DNA of 64,000 nt, from positions 4,052,771 to 4,116,770 of the forward strand of contig OZ253476.1 in assembly GCA_965261795.1 (NCBI GenBank). The letters are read 5' to 3'. This document shows positions 30,701 through 38,607 of this stretch, piece after piece. The notes below the pieces were generated by a model, which had not been told where the DNA came from, made no database searches, and saw only the letters and a program-made list of their open reading frames with translations. The translations under genes were made by a program, and so were the position numbers. This DNA comes from Dehalococcoidia bacterium. GTDB taxonomy: Bacteria > Chloroflexota > Dehalococcoidia > Lucifugimonadales > UBA3495. Position 1 is the first letter of the stretch. Each line of letters starts with the position of its first letter.

Positions 30701-31461
30701 GCACGAACGTAGAGGTTGAAGGACTGCTCCAAGCCAACGGATCGGTTATCGCCAGCGGGTTGAAAGGAGAGGTACGAAAGACCACTATCAATGGGATTAA
30801 CGCCAACATCTACGGAGCGGTTGACGGAATAGATAAAGACGAGTACGGAAATATCACGTCGGTAGCCATCAACGGCTTGACCACCCGCTTCGGCCACCTG
30901 ACGTCAGCCCCCAGTAACATCCAGATTGGTCTGCCGGTTAAAGTACAGGCAGTCGTCATCGACGGGATGCCGATGGCGCGCCAATTGAAAAGGACCTGGG
31001 AGGAGATTCCTTGGGAGTCGCCTGTTGTCGAAGTGCGGAGCACCATCGAGTCTATAGGCTTCGACAGCGAGGGGTTGGTGACTAACATCATTGTAGACGG
31101 CCTGTCGGTGCGGGTAGTCCGGCAGCCCGAACTGGCAAGCGCCATACAAATAGGAGACTTGGTAACCGTGCGGGGGACATTAAACGACGACGGGCTGCTG
31201 GCGACGGAAGTAACCGTGGAGCAGGCCCAGTCCGAAGGATCGGCAAGGATAGAGTTCGAAATGGAAGGCAGTGTCCGGGGCGTTGTTCGGGACGAGCAGT
31301 ATCATATCTCCGGCTTGGATGTAAACGGGAACCAAGTGGTGGTGCAGGCCTTGACCCGTGTCACTGGCGACTTGGAGGAAGGCAGAACGGTCAAAGTAAC
31401 TGGCGTCATCAGCGAAAGCCGCCTCATCGCCCGGAATATCGAGGTGTCTCGCGGCCCATAG
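27730..31461 (+). CDS. Giant secreted surface protein: 2 HYR-like domains, Ig-like domains, then an array of small beta-barrel (DUF5666-like) repeats
   Basis: Signal peptide ending YAQA. Two repeats of PP.L.LP.S...EA....GA.V.F......D.VDP.P.V.C.PSS.S.F.LGTT.V.C.A.D..GN (HYR pattern). The C-terminal half holds repeated G.v...d.....w.i.G..V.V...T..... units. Start is ambiguous (TTG 27715, ATG 27730 or ATG 27745). Confidence 0.6.
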   Translation: MLKTVMKAVGRTVAASVLVFLMMGDYSHYAQAQENDDSPPQLSLPGSITVEATGPSGVNVSFDAVAIDIVDPDPVVTCKPSSDSEFNLGTTRVVCTATDDAGNTSSGSFPVTVRDITPPLLTLPASFKTEASSKLGALVIFTNIATDSVDPSPVVECEPSSVSTFPLGTTTVSCAATDASGNVSGDHFLVTVEDTTPPTITGRMSPLLNVNGWHNTEVAVTFNCSDSASGVAACIGDEVLVNNGANQRVRGTSTDTAGNSAFFTMPGINIDRAPPVITINSPRNGAEFSILKRVAAGWNVADALSGVGSATASTRQGEPIDTSTLGTHTFAVTATDLAGNRTTTTHTYTVVAPFSTFLMSKVEVTLEGGAPRDEFRLAGVFELGPHSNGIDVANERTTIILGDFTQVIPAGSFVPEEDRGYRLDGVPGGIVRARIRDDGQFSVTATRLDLLQVSRSDPVPISLAIGDDVGNTTIQLMRSGQFTLETRPAMDFFGVVEAVEHQTLHVRTGEETHKVVLIDDTNVRLMHKQDAFSGDLVAGDRVAVSLAEREGKLFGDQIVLLRQKTRFKHLPGEVIAVTDTHLTIRPSYEMWEPITFSRGPGTPIQYFQGETALAPGSHVIVVAEQDPLTGLYFPEAKGINIIAVGEKDGDHGGEEPSPPDWIDHAIIPGVLKGVTNSGEWTIGGISVAVGVETKFDEGLTVGQMSSAKAALRADGSLLATEVRRVSYDTGISGSAELEGPFQGLDEPSGRWIIGSALVTVRPSINIDGVPRAGQRLKVFALVSKDGALLAREVQYVEEQASGESEADYLKLKGTFLGVDPQGNWIIHGARVAVGRQTRLEGDPAIGHQIEALATVRDDNSYLARSITGRPKTPWPPAPTAYIHGAIEKVLEDGSPVVNGVEVSLSALTKLDRSPRPGDFVEVTALVRPGRAFLAAEIDNHEADSGSLFTETSPVTFQGPIDDIGQNTGLVVNGIPVTISPLTNVRGYLVEGTNVEVEGLLQANGSVIASGLKGEVRKTTINGINANIYGAVDGIDKDEYGNITSVAINGLTTRFGHLTSAPSNIQIGLPVKVQAVVIDGMPMARQLKRTWEEIPWESPVVEVRSTIESIGFDSEGLVTNIIVDGLSVRVVRQPELASAIQIGDLVTVRGTLNDDGLLATEVTVEQAQSEGSARIEFEMEGSVRGVVRDEQYHISGLDVNGNQVVVQALTRVTGDLEEGRTVKVTGVISESRLIARNIEVSRGP

Positions 31462-31483
31462 AAAATTGCGCGGCGAGCATAAC

Positions 31484-31512
31484 TTGACATGGAATTCGTA
31501 ACATCTTACACT
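31484..31512 (+). promoter_or_regulatory. Sigma-70-type promoter for tRNA-Asp
   Basis: TTGACA (31484-31489), 17-nt spacer, TACACT (31507-31512), 40 nt upstream of the tRNA 5' end. Confidence 0.5.
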
Positions 31513-31551
31513 CGATGTAGTTGACGTAGTTAGTACCGGTCAACTTCACGC

Positions 31552-31629
31552 GGCCCGGTGGTGTAGTTGGTTTAACATACTGCCCTGTCAAGGCAGAGAT
31601 CGGCGGTTCGAGTCCGCTCCGGGTCGCCA
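31552..31629 (+). tRNA. tRNA-Asp (anticodon GUC), CCA encoded
   Basis: Hand-folded. Acceptor GGCCCGG/CCGGGTC. D arm with AGTTGG. Anticodon arm CTGCC-CTGTCAA-GGCAG. T arm GGCGG-TTCGAGT-CCGCT. Discriminator G plus CCA. Confidence 0.9.
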
Positions 31630-31649
31630 ACTTCAGTTCCTCTAGCGCA

Positions 31650-32140
31650 GGTGGCCTTTGGGCCCAAGCGTTGTAGCAACACCCACATCAGTCGCCCCAA
31701 GATACCTTTGCCACGGTGAATTAGTCCCGCTAGGGGTCTATTCCTGTGGCGGCCGCTTCCTCCTCCATGCTCTTGCTGACCCACTGCCGGCTCATGTCGA
31801 AGCACGGCCGGTGCCGGTCCCTGCGATGGAACGACTTCAGGTCCGCCAGTGACTCCACCAGGCCCGCAGATATCGGCGCCTCGCGGCTCTGCCTAGCCTT
31901 GTTGCCCGGTACGTCCGGCCTCAGGCTGAGGATGGGCAGGGTCCTGGTTGAGCCGGATGGAGAGGCACTCGGACACCCGGAGCCCGGTGCGGAGCATAAT
32001 TCGCATGGCCATCCGGACCTGGTAGCCGGACGCCGCCACCAGCGCCGAGGTCTCCTCAGAGGTGAAGTAGTCGGGAAGTTTCTGGGGCTTGCGCGCCATG
32101 GCAAGGACTGTTTCGGGGGATTTCCGAAACTGCCTCTACA
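31650..32140 (-). pseudogene. Tyrosine recombinase (phage-type integrase) remnant, frameshifted and truncated
   Basis: Frame 1: KLPDYFTSEETSALVAASGYQVRMAMRIMLRTGLRVSECLSIRL (start of the catalytic domain with the conserved Arg). Frame 2: VPGNKARQSREAPISAGLVESL...CFDMSRQWVSKSMEEEAAATGI. A third frame holds a weak LGATDVGVATTLGPKGH. No intact HxxR...Y region. Confidence 0.6.
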
Positions 32141-32523
32141 GAACCCTGTGGATCGGGACACGCTGGTCAGGCGTGATTCCAAGGCTGAGACCGGCCGGTT
32201 GGTCACGGAAATCCCGGGTTTTCGCAAGTAGCTTATGCTCACCTGTCTGGCGTTGTTGGCCTTGCTAACTTTCGACTTCGTCCCCGTCCTCTTCACGCGG
32301 AACGATCCATCTGGCACCGGTGGTCGTGCCAGACAAACGCACGTGTTCGTAACTATCACGTTTCTGACAATGCCAGATAGAAGCCGGGTATCCCCAAACG
32401 TATCTTCCGGACAGGGGCAATCACACCGGTTATGTGAGGATCAGCTGGTGTCGGGAAGAGAGCTCCGCCGGCACCGACGCCAAGCCCCAACAACTCTAGC
32501 TGCTTACTTGTCAGGATCCTTGG

Positions 32524-33162
32524 CTACGGCGGGACAGGATAACCTCGCTGGGTCAGCCAAACCCGTGTGATACTTGATAGTGGCTTGTTGCGCTTGGCTA
32601 AATTCTGAACTTCAACCAACAACGCAGCTGGTAGAGGTTGTGGCAGTATTCCCAGTGCATCAATCCAGTTCTTCCGCTCTCTAACTTGATACCATTCGTT
32701 GAGCTTCAAGTCTTCGATCATGCGACGTGCTTTGGATTTTTCTTCGCAGGATAATCCCGCTCTTGCGATTATCCTGCCGGACCCGAGGGAAAATTCGAAG
32801 TAATGCTCCGGGCGATCGTAGCTGCTAGTTGCGCATGGGTCGATGTAGCCTTCATCTGGCCATTTTTCGCGTTTGGCTTGGTTGCACGGGTGGCATGAAA
32901 ATAGCCAGTTACTCCAGATGTACACTTTCTTTGGAAACCGAGACTTGGGCCGGAAATGGTCCACTTCCCCTGGGTCAACCTGTTCACAGTAAGTGCACAA
33001 GCCGTGGAACACGGCCTTCAAGTCATCGCGGAACGTTTGCCATGCATGATCCGTTGGCCGCACACCTCCATCACCCGCGTAATATCGAACCCAACCGGGG
33101 GTATGATGTTCTCGGACAGAGGCCAATCTAACAGGTTCTGGACCGCGGTCTACCCAATGCAT
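32524..33162 (-). CDS. ptuB: HNH endonuclease, PtuB-like (TIGR02646-type) partner of the upstream ATPase
   Basis: 212 aa. CTYCEQVDPGEVDHFRPKSRFP...WSNWLFSCHPCNQAKREKW (CxxC...H...N...CxxCN.K HNH core). Lower G+C by eye. Confidence 0.6.
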   Translation of the reverse strand: MHWVDRGPEPVRLASVREHHTPGWVRYYAGDGGVRPTDHAWQTFRDDLKAVFHGLCTYCEQVDPGEVDHFRPKSRFPKKVYIWSNWLFSCHPCNQAKREKWPDEGYIDPCATSSYDRPEHYFEFSLGSGRIIARAGLSCEEKSKARRMIEDLKLNEWYQVRERKNWIDALGILPQPLPAALLVEVQNLAKRNKPLSSITRVWLTQRGYPVPP

Positions 33163-33289
33163 AAGTCACCATGATCAACTTGGTAAGAACTGGCATTGAT
33201 TCGACAATAGCGAAGAGGAGAATATTTTTGGATTTTCGCTCCTGAATCTATAGTGAGCTATTATTTCTTGGGAGATTAGGTCACGCTTT

Positions 33290-34639
33290 TCATGACGAGG
33301 TTTCTTCTTGATATTTCCTTATTCCGCGAATGAGTTCTTCCATCAAAGTTGACGAGGACCCACCTACTCGCTGCGTTTCGGTCAATGATGTCAACCGATC
33401 TAGCTCTGTAGATTCTTCCAGGGTTAGTTGCTCTTTCGCACTTAGCTCCTCCAACTTATCGAAATTTTCGATGGTTTTTAGATCTGTAGGATTCCTCACT
33501 CCCAGCAAGTTACGCAAGATTTGATCTGCTGACCATCCTGCTATGCTGGAGACGTTTCTCGACACTTCCACCCCGTTATCTTCATCTCGTGACAACAGTT
33601 GGACTTGACCCGGCTCTAAACCAGCGAGCATGAGGGGAGAATGAGTGGAGCAGAAAATCTGAAGATGAGGAAAATGCCGAGTTAGGGTGGGAATAATCCC
33701 CCGCTGCCAGGCCGGATGCAAATGGGCATCTATTTCGTCGACTATGAGGATGCCGGGTTCATCTTCTAGGCGTTTCGGGAAGTCGTAATATTCGGCGTAT
33801 CCGATGACCAGATGGGCCAACCATTGAATAACTGATTGGGTTCCTTGACTCATCGTATTCAAAGGCATGACACCGTCTACCGTTTGAAAGGACGGAAAAA
33901 ACCCGGTCGAATCTTCGTCAACACCAGTGAATGTTATCGGAAACCCTTCAGCAATGTCTGTCGCCATCTGAGCGATTTTGTCGACGCTGTCTCGTAAACC
34001 AGGGTTTCCTCTCAAGTAAGACCGATAGTCCAAGTCTACGATTTTCTGAATGACCTCTTCGTCGCTTACCAAAGAAGGATCCTCTGACACTAATGTGAGA
34101 CGCCTTCGCAACTCAGGCACAATTGCTCGCCTCCACCTCGCGGTGGTTCGCTGACGAACCCGTCGTACCCTTTTAGACGCAGCTTCGGCTTGGTGTATGT
34201 TTGTCGGCGGAGAGTCTTCCTCAAAATTATCCAGTCCCGTAGTTGGCCCCGGGGACCTGAAATCAGTCGGCCGCCGCATTGCAGGGATGAACTTGCTATA
34301 ACCGACACTCTCCAGTAATTGAACATAGTTTGTCCAACGGTCTGCCGTCCAATAGCTATTCTCAATGTCTATCTCGGTTCGACCTTGGAACAATATTGGC
34401 AGTTCTCCACCAAAACTGGCACCTTCGCTTTTATAAACGGTAAATGTCGATGTCTCGCCATCTCTCAAGAGTTTGACTGGGAAATGAAACGGATAGACCA
34501 ATGCATCTCCAAGCACCCAGAGGACCGTGGATTTGCCGGAATTGTTGGGGCCAGTGAATACGTTCACCTGCGGGTCAAAGTCGAAACTTGCCTCGCGGAA
34601 TGGTCCAACATTCGTGAACTCGAGATGTTCTATGTACAT
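33290..34639 (-). CDS. ptuA: ABC/SMC-like AAA ATPase (AAA_15/AAA_21 type), PtuA-like
   Basis: 449 aa from ATG 34639 (GGGAGGGAGTGAGGG upstream). Walker A GPNNSGKST, signature-like MSQGTQS, Walker B ILIVDEIDAHLHP, H-loop STHSPLM. Confidence 0.65.
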   Translation of the reverse strand: MYIEHLEFTNVGPFREASFDFDPQVNVFTGPNNSGKSTVLWVLGDALVYPFHFPVKLLRDGETSTFTVYKSEGASFGGELPILFQGRTEIDIENSYWTADRWTNYVQLLESVGYSKFIPAMRRPTDFRSPGPTTGLDNFEEDSPPTNIHQAEAASKRVRRVRQRTTARWRRAIVPELRRRLTLVSEDPSLVSDEEVIQKIVDLDYRSYLRGNPGLRDSVDKIAQMATDIAEGFPITFTGVDEDSTGFFPSFQTVDGVMPLNTMSQGTQSVIQWLAHLVIGYAEYYDFPKRLEDEPGILIVDEIDAHLHPAWQRGIIPTLTRHFPHLQIFCSTHSPLMLAGLEPGQVQLLSRDEDNGVEVSRNVSSIAGWSADQILRNLLGVRNPTDLKTIENFDKLEELSAKEQLTLEESTELDRLTSLTETQRVGGSSSTLMEELIRGIRKYQEETSS

Positions 34640-34975
34640 GATAGATTCCCTCACTCCCTCCCTGAACTCAAGTGAATACGCACTGCAAGGCATGACGGAG
34701 GGAGTTGTTAGCTCTTTCTGATATGAGAGTTGCCAGCGGGCTCATCCTAATGATTTTGACATAAGGGCATGGAATTTGGAAACGGCCCGGGTTGCATTGA
34801 GCAATGCATTCCGATCTCCTTAGAGGACAGATATTACGAAGATGTCTCCTATGTAAGCTAGAGGGAGACCGTCAACCAAGCTTGACGGGATGCTCCAGGA
34901 CACCGCCCTCTCAAGGCGGAGAGCACGGGATCGGCCGTCGTCAATTCTGCCGTGTGAGTTACGGTACGTTTCCAT

Positions 34976-35024
34976 ACCCCGGTCGTCTAGCCAGGTTAGG
35001 ACGCCACCCTCTCAAGGTGGAGAC
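34976..35024 (+). pseudogene. 5' two-thirds of a tRNA-Glu(CUC)-like sequence, lacking T arm and 3' acceptor
   Basis: ACCCCGG-TC-GTC-TAGCCAGGTTAG-GAC-G-CCACC-CTCTCAA-GGTGG-AGAC fits canonical positions 1-47 (U8, A14, G18G19, U33, CUC). It is followed directly by the tRNA-Asp repeat. A second Glu-like anticodon arm ccgcc-ctctcaa-ggcgg lies at 34903-34919. Confidence 0.6.
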
Positions 35025-35027
35025 CTA

Positions 35028-35090
35028 TAACATACTGCCCTGTCAAGGCAGAGATCGGCGACCTAAGTCCGCTCCGGGTCGCCAACTTCA
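35028..35090 (+). repeat. 63-bp direct repeat of the 3' part of tRNA-Asp plus 6 nt of flank (att-type island boundary)
   Basis: 35028-35090 aligns with 31573-31635: 33 identical nt, a 6-7 nt divergent patch that destroys the T loop (GGTTCGA versus ACCTAA), then 25 identical nt including CCA and ACTTCA. Confidence 0.85.
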
Positions 35091-35293
35091 AATGCATTAG
35101 TTGGGGAATCCGCAAGCCGCAAACGGACAGGTGCACAACCCCGCCCCAATACTTCCTCCTCGGTCCCAGTTCAGAAGGTTCCCTCCACTCCAGGGCCACA
35201 TGCATCGCTTCAGGCACCGCCAGCCAACGTCATCTATGTAGGCCGCGCGTCTCTTGGACCCGTCGGTCGGTCAGCGTGGAATCGCAACTACCG

Positions 35294-35851
35294 CTAAACG
35301 GGAAGCGGTGCCTCGGTGAGCTCGGTCGGAAGTTCGACCTCGAAAGCGTTCACGTTGAAAGCCAGCATCGAGTAGCAGCCCATGAGAGTCGTTAATTCCG
35401 TCGCTCCAGTCACGCCGAAGTGGGACACGACGGCATCGAACGCTTCCTGGCTGACCCGGCGGGTGCGGAAAAACTGTTGGCCGTACTCCACCACAGCCGC
35501 CTCGTCCGCCTGGGGGTTGGGGAGTTCTTTCCGGTCCCTCAAGGCGTCGACCAGTTCGTTGCGTAACCCGGCTTGACGCCCCGCCGGGGCATGGGCGTTC
35601 CAAATGTACTGGCAGTCGTTCTCCCGGGCCGCAACCAGCATGGCAAGCTCCCGGATGCGGGGTTCCAAGGAGGTGTCCGTCCTTAGGTAAAGAGCCAGCC
35701 CCAAGGCGCGTTGAGCGACTTCCGGGGCGTTGAGCATTACCGACCCCGGACCGCCGCTTGGGACACCGCCTCGCTCCGCCACGATGGCGTCGAAAGTCTC
35801 CCTCTGGGCCTCCGGGACTGCTTCTCGGGTAACCGCCGGTGTTCTCGCCAT
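35294..35851 (-). CDS. Carboxymuconolactone decarboxylase (CMD/AhpD-like) family protein
   Basis: 185 aa. ELAMLVAARENDCQYIWNAH pattern of the CMD family. Confidence 0.7.
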   Translation of the reverse strand: MARTPAVTREAVPEAQRETFDAIVAERGGVPSGGPGSVMLNAPEVAQRALGLALYLRTDTSLEPRIRELAMLVAARENDCQYIWNAHAPAGRQAGLRNELVDALRDRKELPNPQADEAAVVEYGQQFFRTRRVSQEAFDAVVSHFGVTGATELTTLMGCYSMLAFNVNAFEVELPTELTEAPLPV

Positions 35852-36032
35852 GTTTACCTCCCCTTACAGTGGATTGGACCCAACCCGTAACAAGTCAAAT
35901 TCGAAAGGTGTCGGAGACGTATCTGTGGTTAGTTTACCACCGTACCGCACTTTCGTCGGGATTTCGTTGGCATGGCAATCGCGTTTTAACCATCAGTGCA
36001 CCAGACAGGCTAAATCTGCCGTAAAACCTTCC

Positions 36033-36191
36033 GTCATTCCCGCGAAGGAACGTCACCCCCGCGAAGGAACGTCACCCCCGCGAAGGCGGGGGCGGGAATC
36101 CACACTGTCTCCCATAGGCAAATCTACCCTTTCCAACGACTATGGATTCCCGTTTCCACGGGAATGACGCCTGCCCCCGTGAAGACGGGGG
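36033..36191. repeat. Cluster of nested REP-like hairpins (GTCATTCC family plus CCCCCG-GAAG-CGGGGG hairpins)
   Basis: gtcattcccgcgaaggaacgtcacccccgcgaaggaacgtcacccccgcgaaggcgggggcgggaatcc, then ggattcccgtttccacgggaatgac and cccccgtgaagacggggg. Confidence 0.7.
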
Positions 36192-36409
36192 ATTAAATGG
36201 GCCGCCACGCTTTATAACGCGATTGCCCTGATTGCCTTGGTCGTGTTCACCACTTTGTAAGCCGGTCCCACCGTTAATCAATTCGTCGAGAATGGCGACA
36301 TTGCTCCATCGCTGGAGTAAAATCCCCGAGTGAATAAAGTCCGCTATTCGCAATTTCCGCTGCAATCGCCAAATCCGGATGCGACGGTATCCTGAACGAG
36401 AATTATTCC

Positions 36410-37540
36410 ATGAAAGTTTATTACTTCAGCGAATTCCCGTATCACGAGTACCCGGATGAAGAGGGCAAAAAGTACCCTTCCCTCCGGCTTACTTTCCCCA
36501 ACACGTACTTCGATCCCCAGACGGCAAACGCGCTGTTCAAACGCTACTTCGACGAGTGCCAGTACGTCGATGAACTTGGCTACGAGGGCATCATGGTCAA
36601 CGAGCATCACAGCACGCCGTCGTGCATGAATGCTTCGTGCAACCTGACCGCTGCCATCCTGGCCCGCACCACGCAGAACGCCAAAATTCTGCTGTTGGGC
36701 AACATCCTGCCTATCCATGAAAACCCGGTACGGTTAGCGGAAGAAATCGCCATGATCGACGTAATCTCCGGCGGCCGGGTAATTTCCGGGATGGTCCGTG
36801 GCACGGGTGTGGAAACCGTATCCACCAACGTCAACCCGGTAGACAACCGGGAGCGGTTTGAAGAGTGCCACGACTTGCTGATCAAGACGTGGACCACGCC
36901 GGGACCTTTCCGGTGGGAGGGCAAGCACTACAACTTCCGGGTGGTGAATCCTTGGATAACGCCGATACAACAACCCCACCCGCCAGTATGGGTGCCGGGT
37001 TCCGCCAGCCCGGAAACCGCCCAGTGGGCAGGCAGCCGCGGCTATACCTATGTAGCCTTTCTCACTCCCTTGGACGTGACGGGGGACCTGTTCGGCATCT
37101 ACCGGACCGCCGCATTGGAGTCGGGCTACGACCCCGGGCCGGACAATTACGGCTACCTCCTGTGCTGCTACGTGGCGGAGACCCAGGAAAAAGCTGAAGA
37201 GGAGGCCAGGCACTTCATTTGGCGTATGGGCGAGACTACCCGAGCTCCTCGGGAATACATGAACCCCATCGGGTACCGCTCTCAAGCCGGGCAGCAGGTA
37301 GCCGCCCGCCGGAACTCCCGCCCCCTCATCAGCCAAAGCTTCGAGGAATTGAACGAGAACTTCCACATCGTTTGCGGAACGCCGGATACTGTGCTGGAAA
37401 AGCTCAAGTACCTGCACGGCCAGCTGGGTATGGGCCACCTGATTATGTACGGCCAGGAGTCCCGAATGTCGCATGACGCCACCATGTCCAACATCCGTCT
37501 CTTCGGCAAAGAGGTGCTTCCGGTCATCAAGGACTGGTAG
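36410..37540 (+). CDS. LLM-class flavin/F420-dependent oxidoreductase, paralog 2
   Basis: 376 aa. MVNEHHSTP, AEEIAMIDVISGGRV and TTPGPFRWEGKHY. Clear paralog of 58110-59378. Confidence 0.8.
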   Translation: MKVYYFSEFPYHEYPDEEGKKYPSLRLTFPNTYFDPQTANALFKRYFDECQYVDELGYEGIMVNEHHSTPSCMNASCNLTAAILARTTQNAKILLLGNILPIHENPVRLAEEIAMIDVISGGRVISGMVRGTGVETVSTNVNPVDNRERFEECHDLLIKTWTTPGPFRWEGKHYNFRVVNPWITPIQQPHPPVWVPGSASPETAQWAGSRGYTYVAFLTPLDVTGDLFGIYRTAALESGYDPGPDNYGYLLCCYVAETQEKAEEEARHFIWRMGETTRAPREYMNPIGYRSQAGQQVAARRNSRPLISQSFEELNENFHIVCGTPDTVLEKLKYLHGQLGMGHLIMYGQESRMSHDATMSNIRLFGKEVLPVIKDW

Positions 37541-37581
37541 CAGCGCAGCGACTAAAGAAGAGGACTGGTTACCGGAGCGTC

Positions 37582-37723
37582 ATGATTACCAAGATCAGGA
37601 TTGTGTCGGTGTATACCGGCGACCAGGAAACGGCGTCGCGTTTTTACACCGAGACCCTGGGGTTCATTTGCTATCTTCACCGACCCCGACGGCAACGAGC
37701 TAATCCTGACCCAAAACAACTAA
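37582..37723 (+). pseudogene. Collapsed VOC/glyoxalase-family gene (N-terminal about 28 codons joined out of frame to the last about 15 codons)
   Basis: MITKIRIVSVYTGDQETASRFYTETLGF (first beta-alpha-beta of the VOC fold), then in another frame FTDPDGNELILTQNN-stop (typical VOC C-terminus). Only 142 nt where about 380 would be expected. Confidence 0.5.
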
Positions 37724-37742
37724 TGCCAAAACGGGAGGTGGA

Positions 37743-38540
37743 ATGATGGCTGATACCAGCGCCATCCGGCAGGTTGCCGAATTCCTTTACCGAGCTCACA
37801 GGGAGCGGGAGGTGTTTGCTCGGCTGCCCGCCCACATTTCGCCGGCTACCATTGAGGAGGCCTACGAAATGCAGGATGCGTTCAACTCCCTCGTGGCGCC
37901 GGAACGAGGTCCGCTGGCCGGTTACAAAATAGCCCTGACCACGCCGGTAATGCAGCGGATGGTTGGGTTCGACGCACCCTGCGCCGGTGCGGTGTTCCGG
38001 CAGGGAGTCCATCATTCGCCGGCGACGGTCAACGGGGACGACTACGTTCGCCTCGGCGCCGAATGTGAAGTGGCAGTGCGGCTCTCCCACGATCTGCCGG
38101 CCTCCGGCGCGCCCTACGACCGGGCGAAGGCATCCCAAGCGGTCGGCGCCTTGATGGCGGCTTTCGAGTTGGTGGACGACCGGAGCGCCGACTACTCCAA
38201 CCTGTACTTTCTTGACGTCGTCGCCGACAACACTTGGAACGCCGGAGTGGTGTTGGGGCCGGAGATCACCGACTGGACGGCCTTGGAATTGGGGGACGCC
38301 CAAGGAGACATGACGATCAACGGCGCGACGGCTGGCACAGGGCACGGGCGCGACGTTTTAGGCCACCCCCTGGACGCCTTGGCTTGGCTGGCCAACACCC
38401 TGTCCAGCCGCGGAAAGGAATTGTCCGCCGGTATGATCGTGATGACCGGCAGCATCGTCAGCACCAAGTTTCTCAACCCCGGGGATCAAGCCGTGTTCAA
38501 CTTTGAGGGTCTCGGCGAGATTAGCCTGACGGTTTCCTGA
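37743..38540 (+). CDS. 2-keto-4-pentenoate hydratase / 2-oxohepta-3-ene-1,7-dioate hydratase family (FAH fold)
   Basis: 265 aa. GYKIALT, ECEVAV, GALMAAFELVDDR and MIVMTGS motifs. GGGAGGTGG RBS. Confidence 0.75.
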   Translation: MMADTSAIRQVAEFLYRAHREREVFARLPAHISPATIEEAYEMQDAFNSLVAPERGPLAGYKIALTTPVMQRMVGFDAPCAGAVFRQGVHHSPATVNGDDYVRLGAECEVAVRLSHDLPASGAPYDRAKASQAVGALMAAFELVDDRSADYSNLYFLDVVADNTWNAGVVLGPEITDWTALELGDAQGDMTINGATAGTGHGRDVLGHPLDALAWLANTLSSRGKELSAGMIVMTGSIVSTKFLNPGDQAVFNFEGLGEISLTVS

Positions 38541-38607
38541 GATACGGTTGGGAGACCGGATCAGTCCAGGTGGGGCAACAGTCTGCCAGCAGCCACGTCG
38601 AACAGCT

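Noticed and set aside
32360-34700. Retron or reverse transcriptase associated with the Septu-like pair
   Set aside because: No ORF in any frame shows RT motifs (YxDD), and I found no convincing msr/msd-like inverted repeats. The tRNA-like fragments explain the structured non-coding DNA.
34804-35100. 98-aa plus-strand ORF
   Set aside because: It runs across the tRNA-Glu-like and tRNA-Asp-repeat sequences and is non-coding by context.
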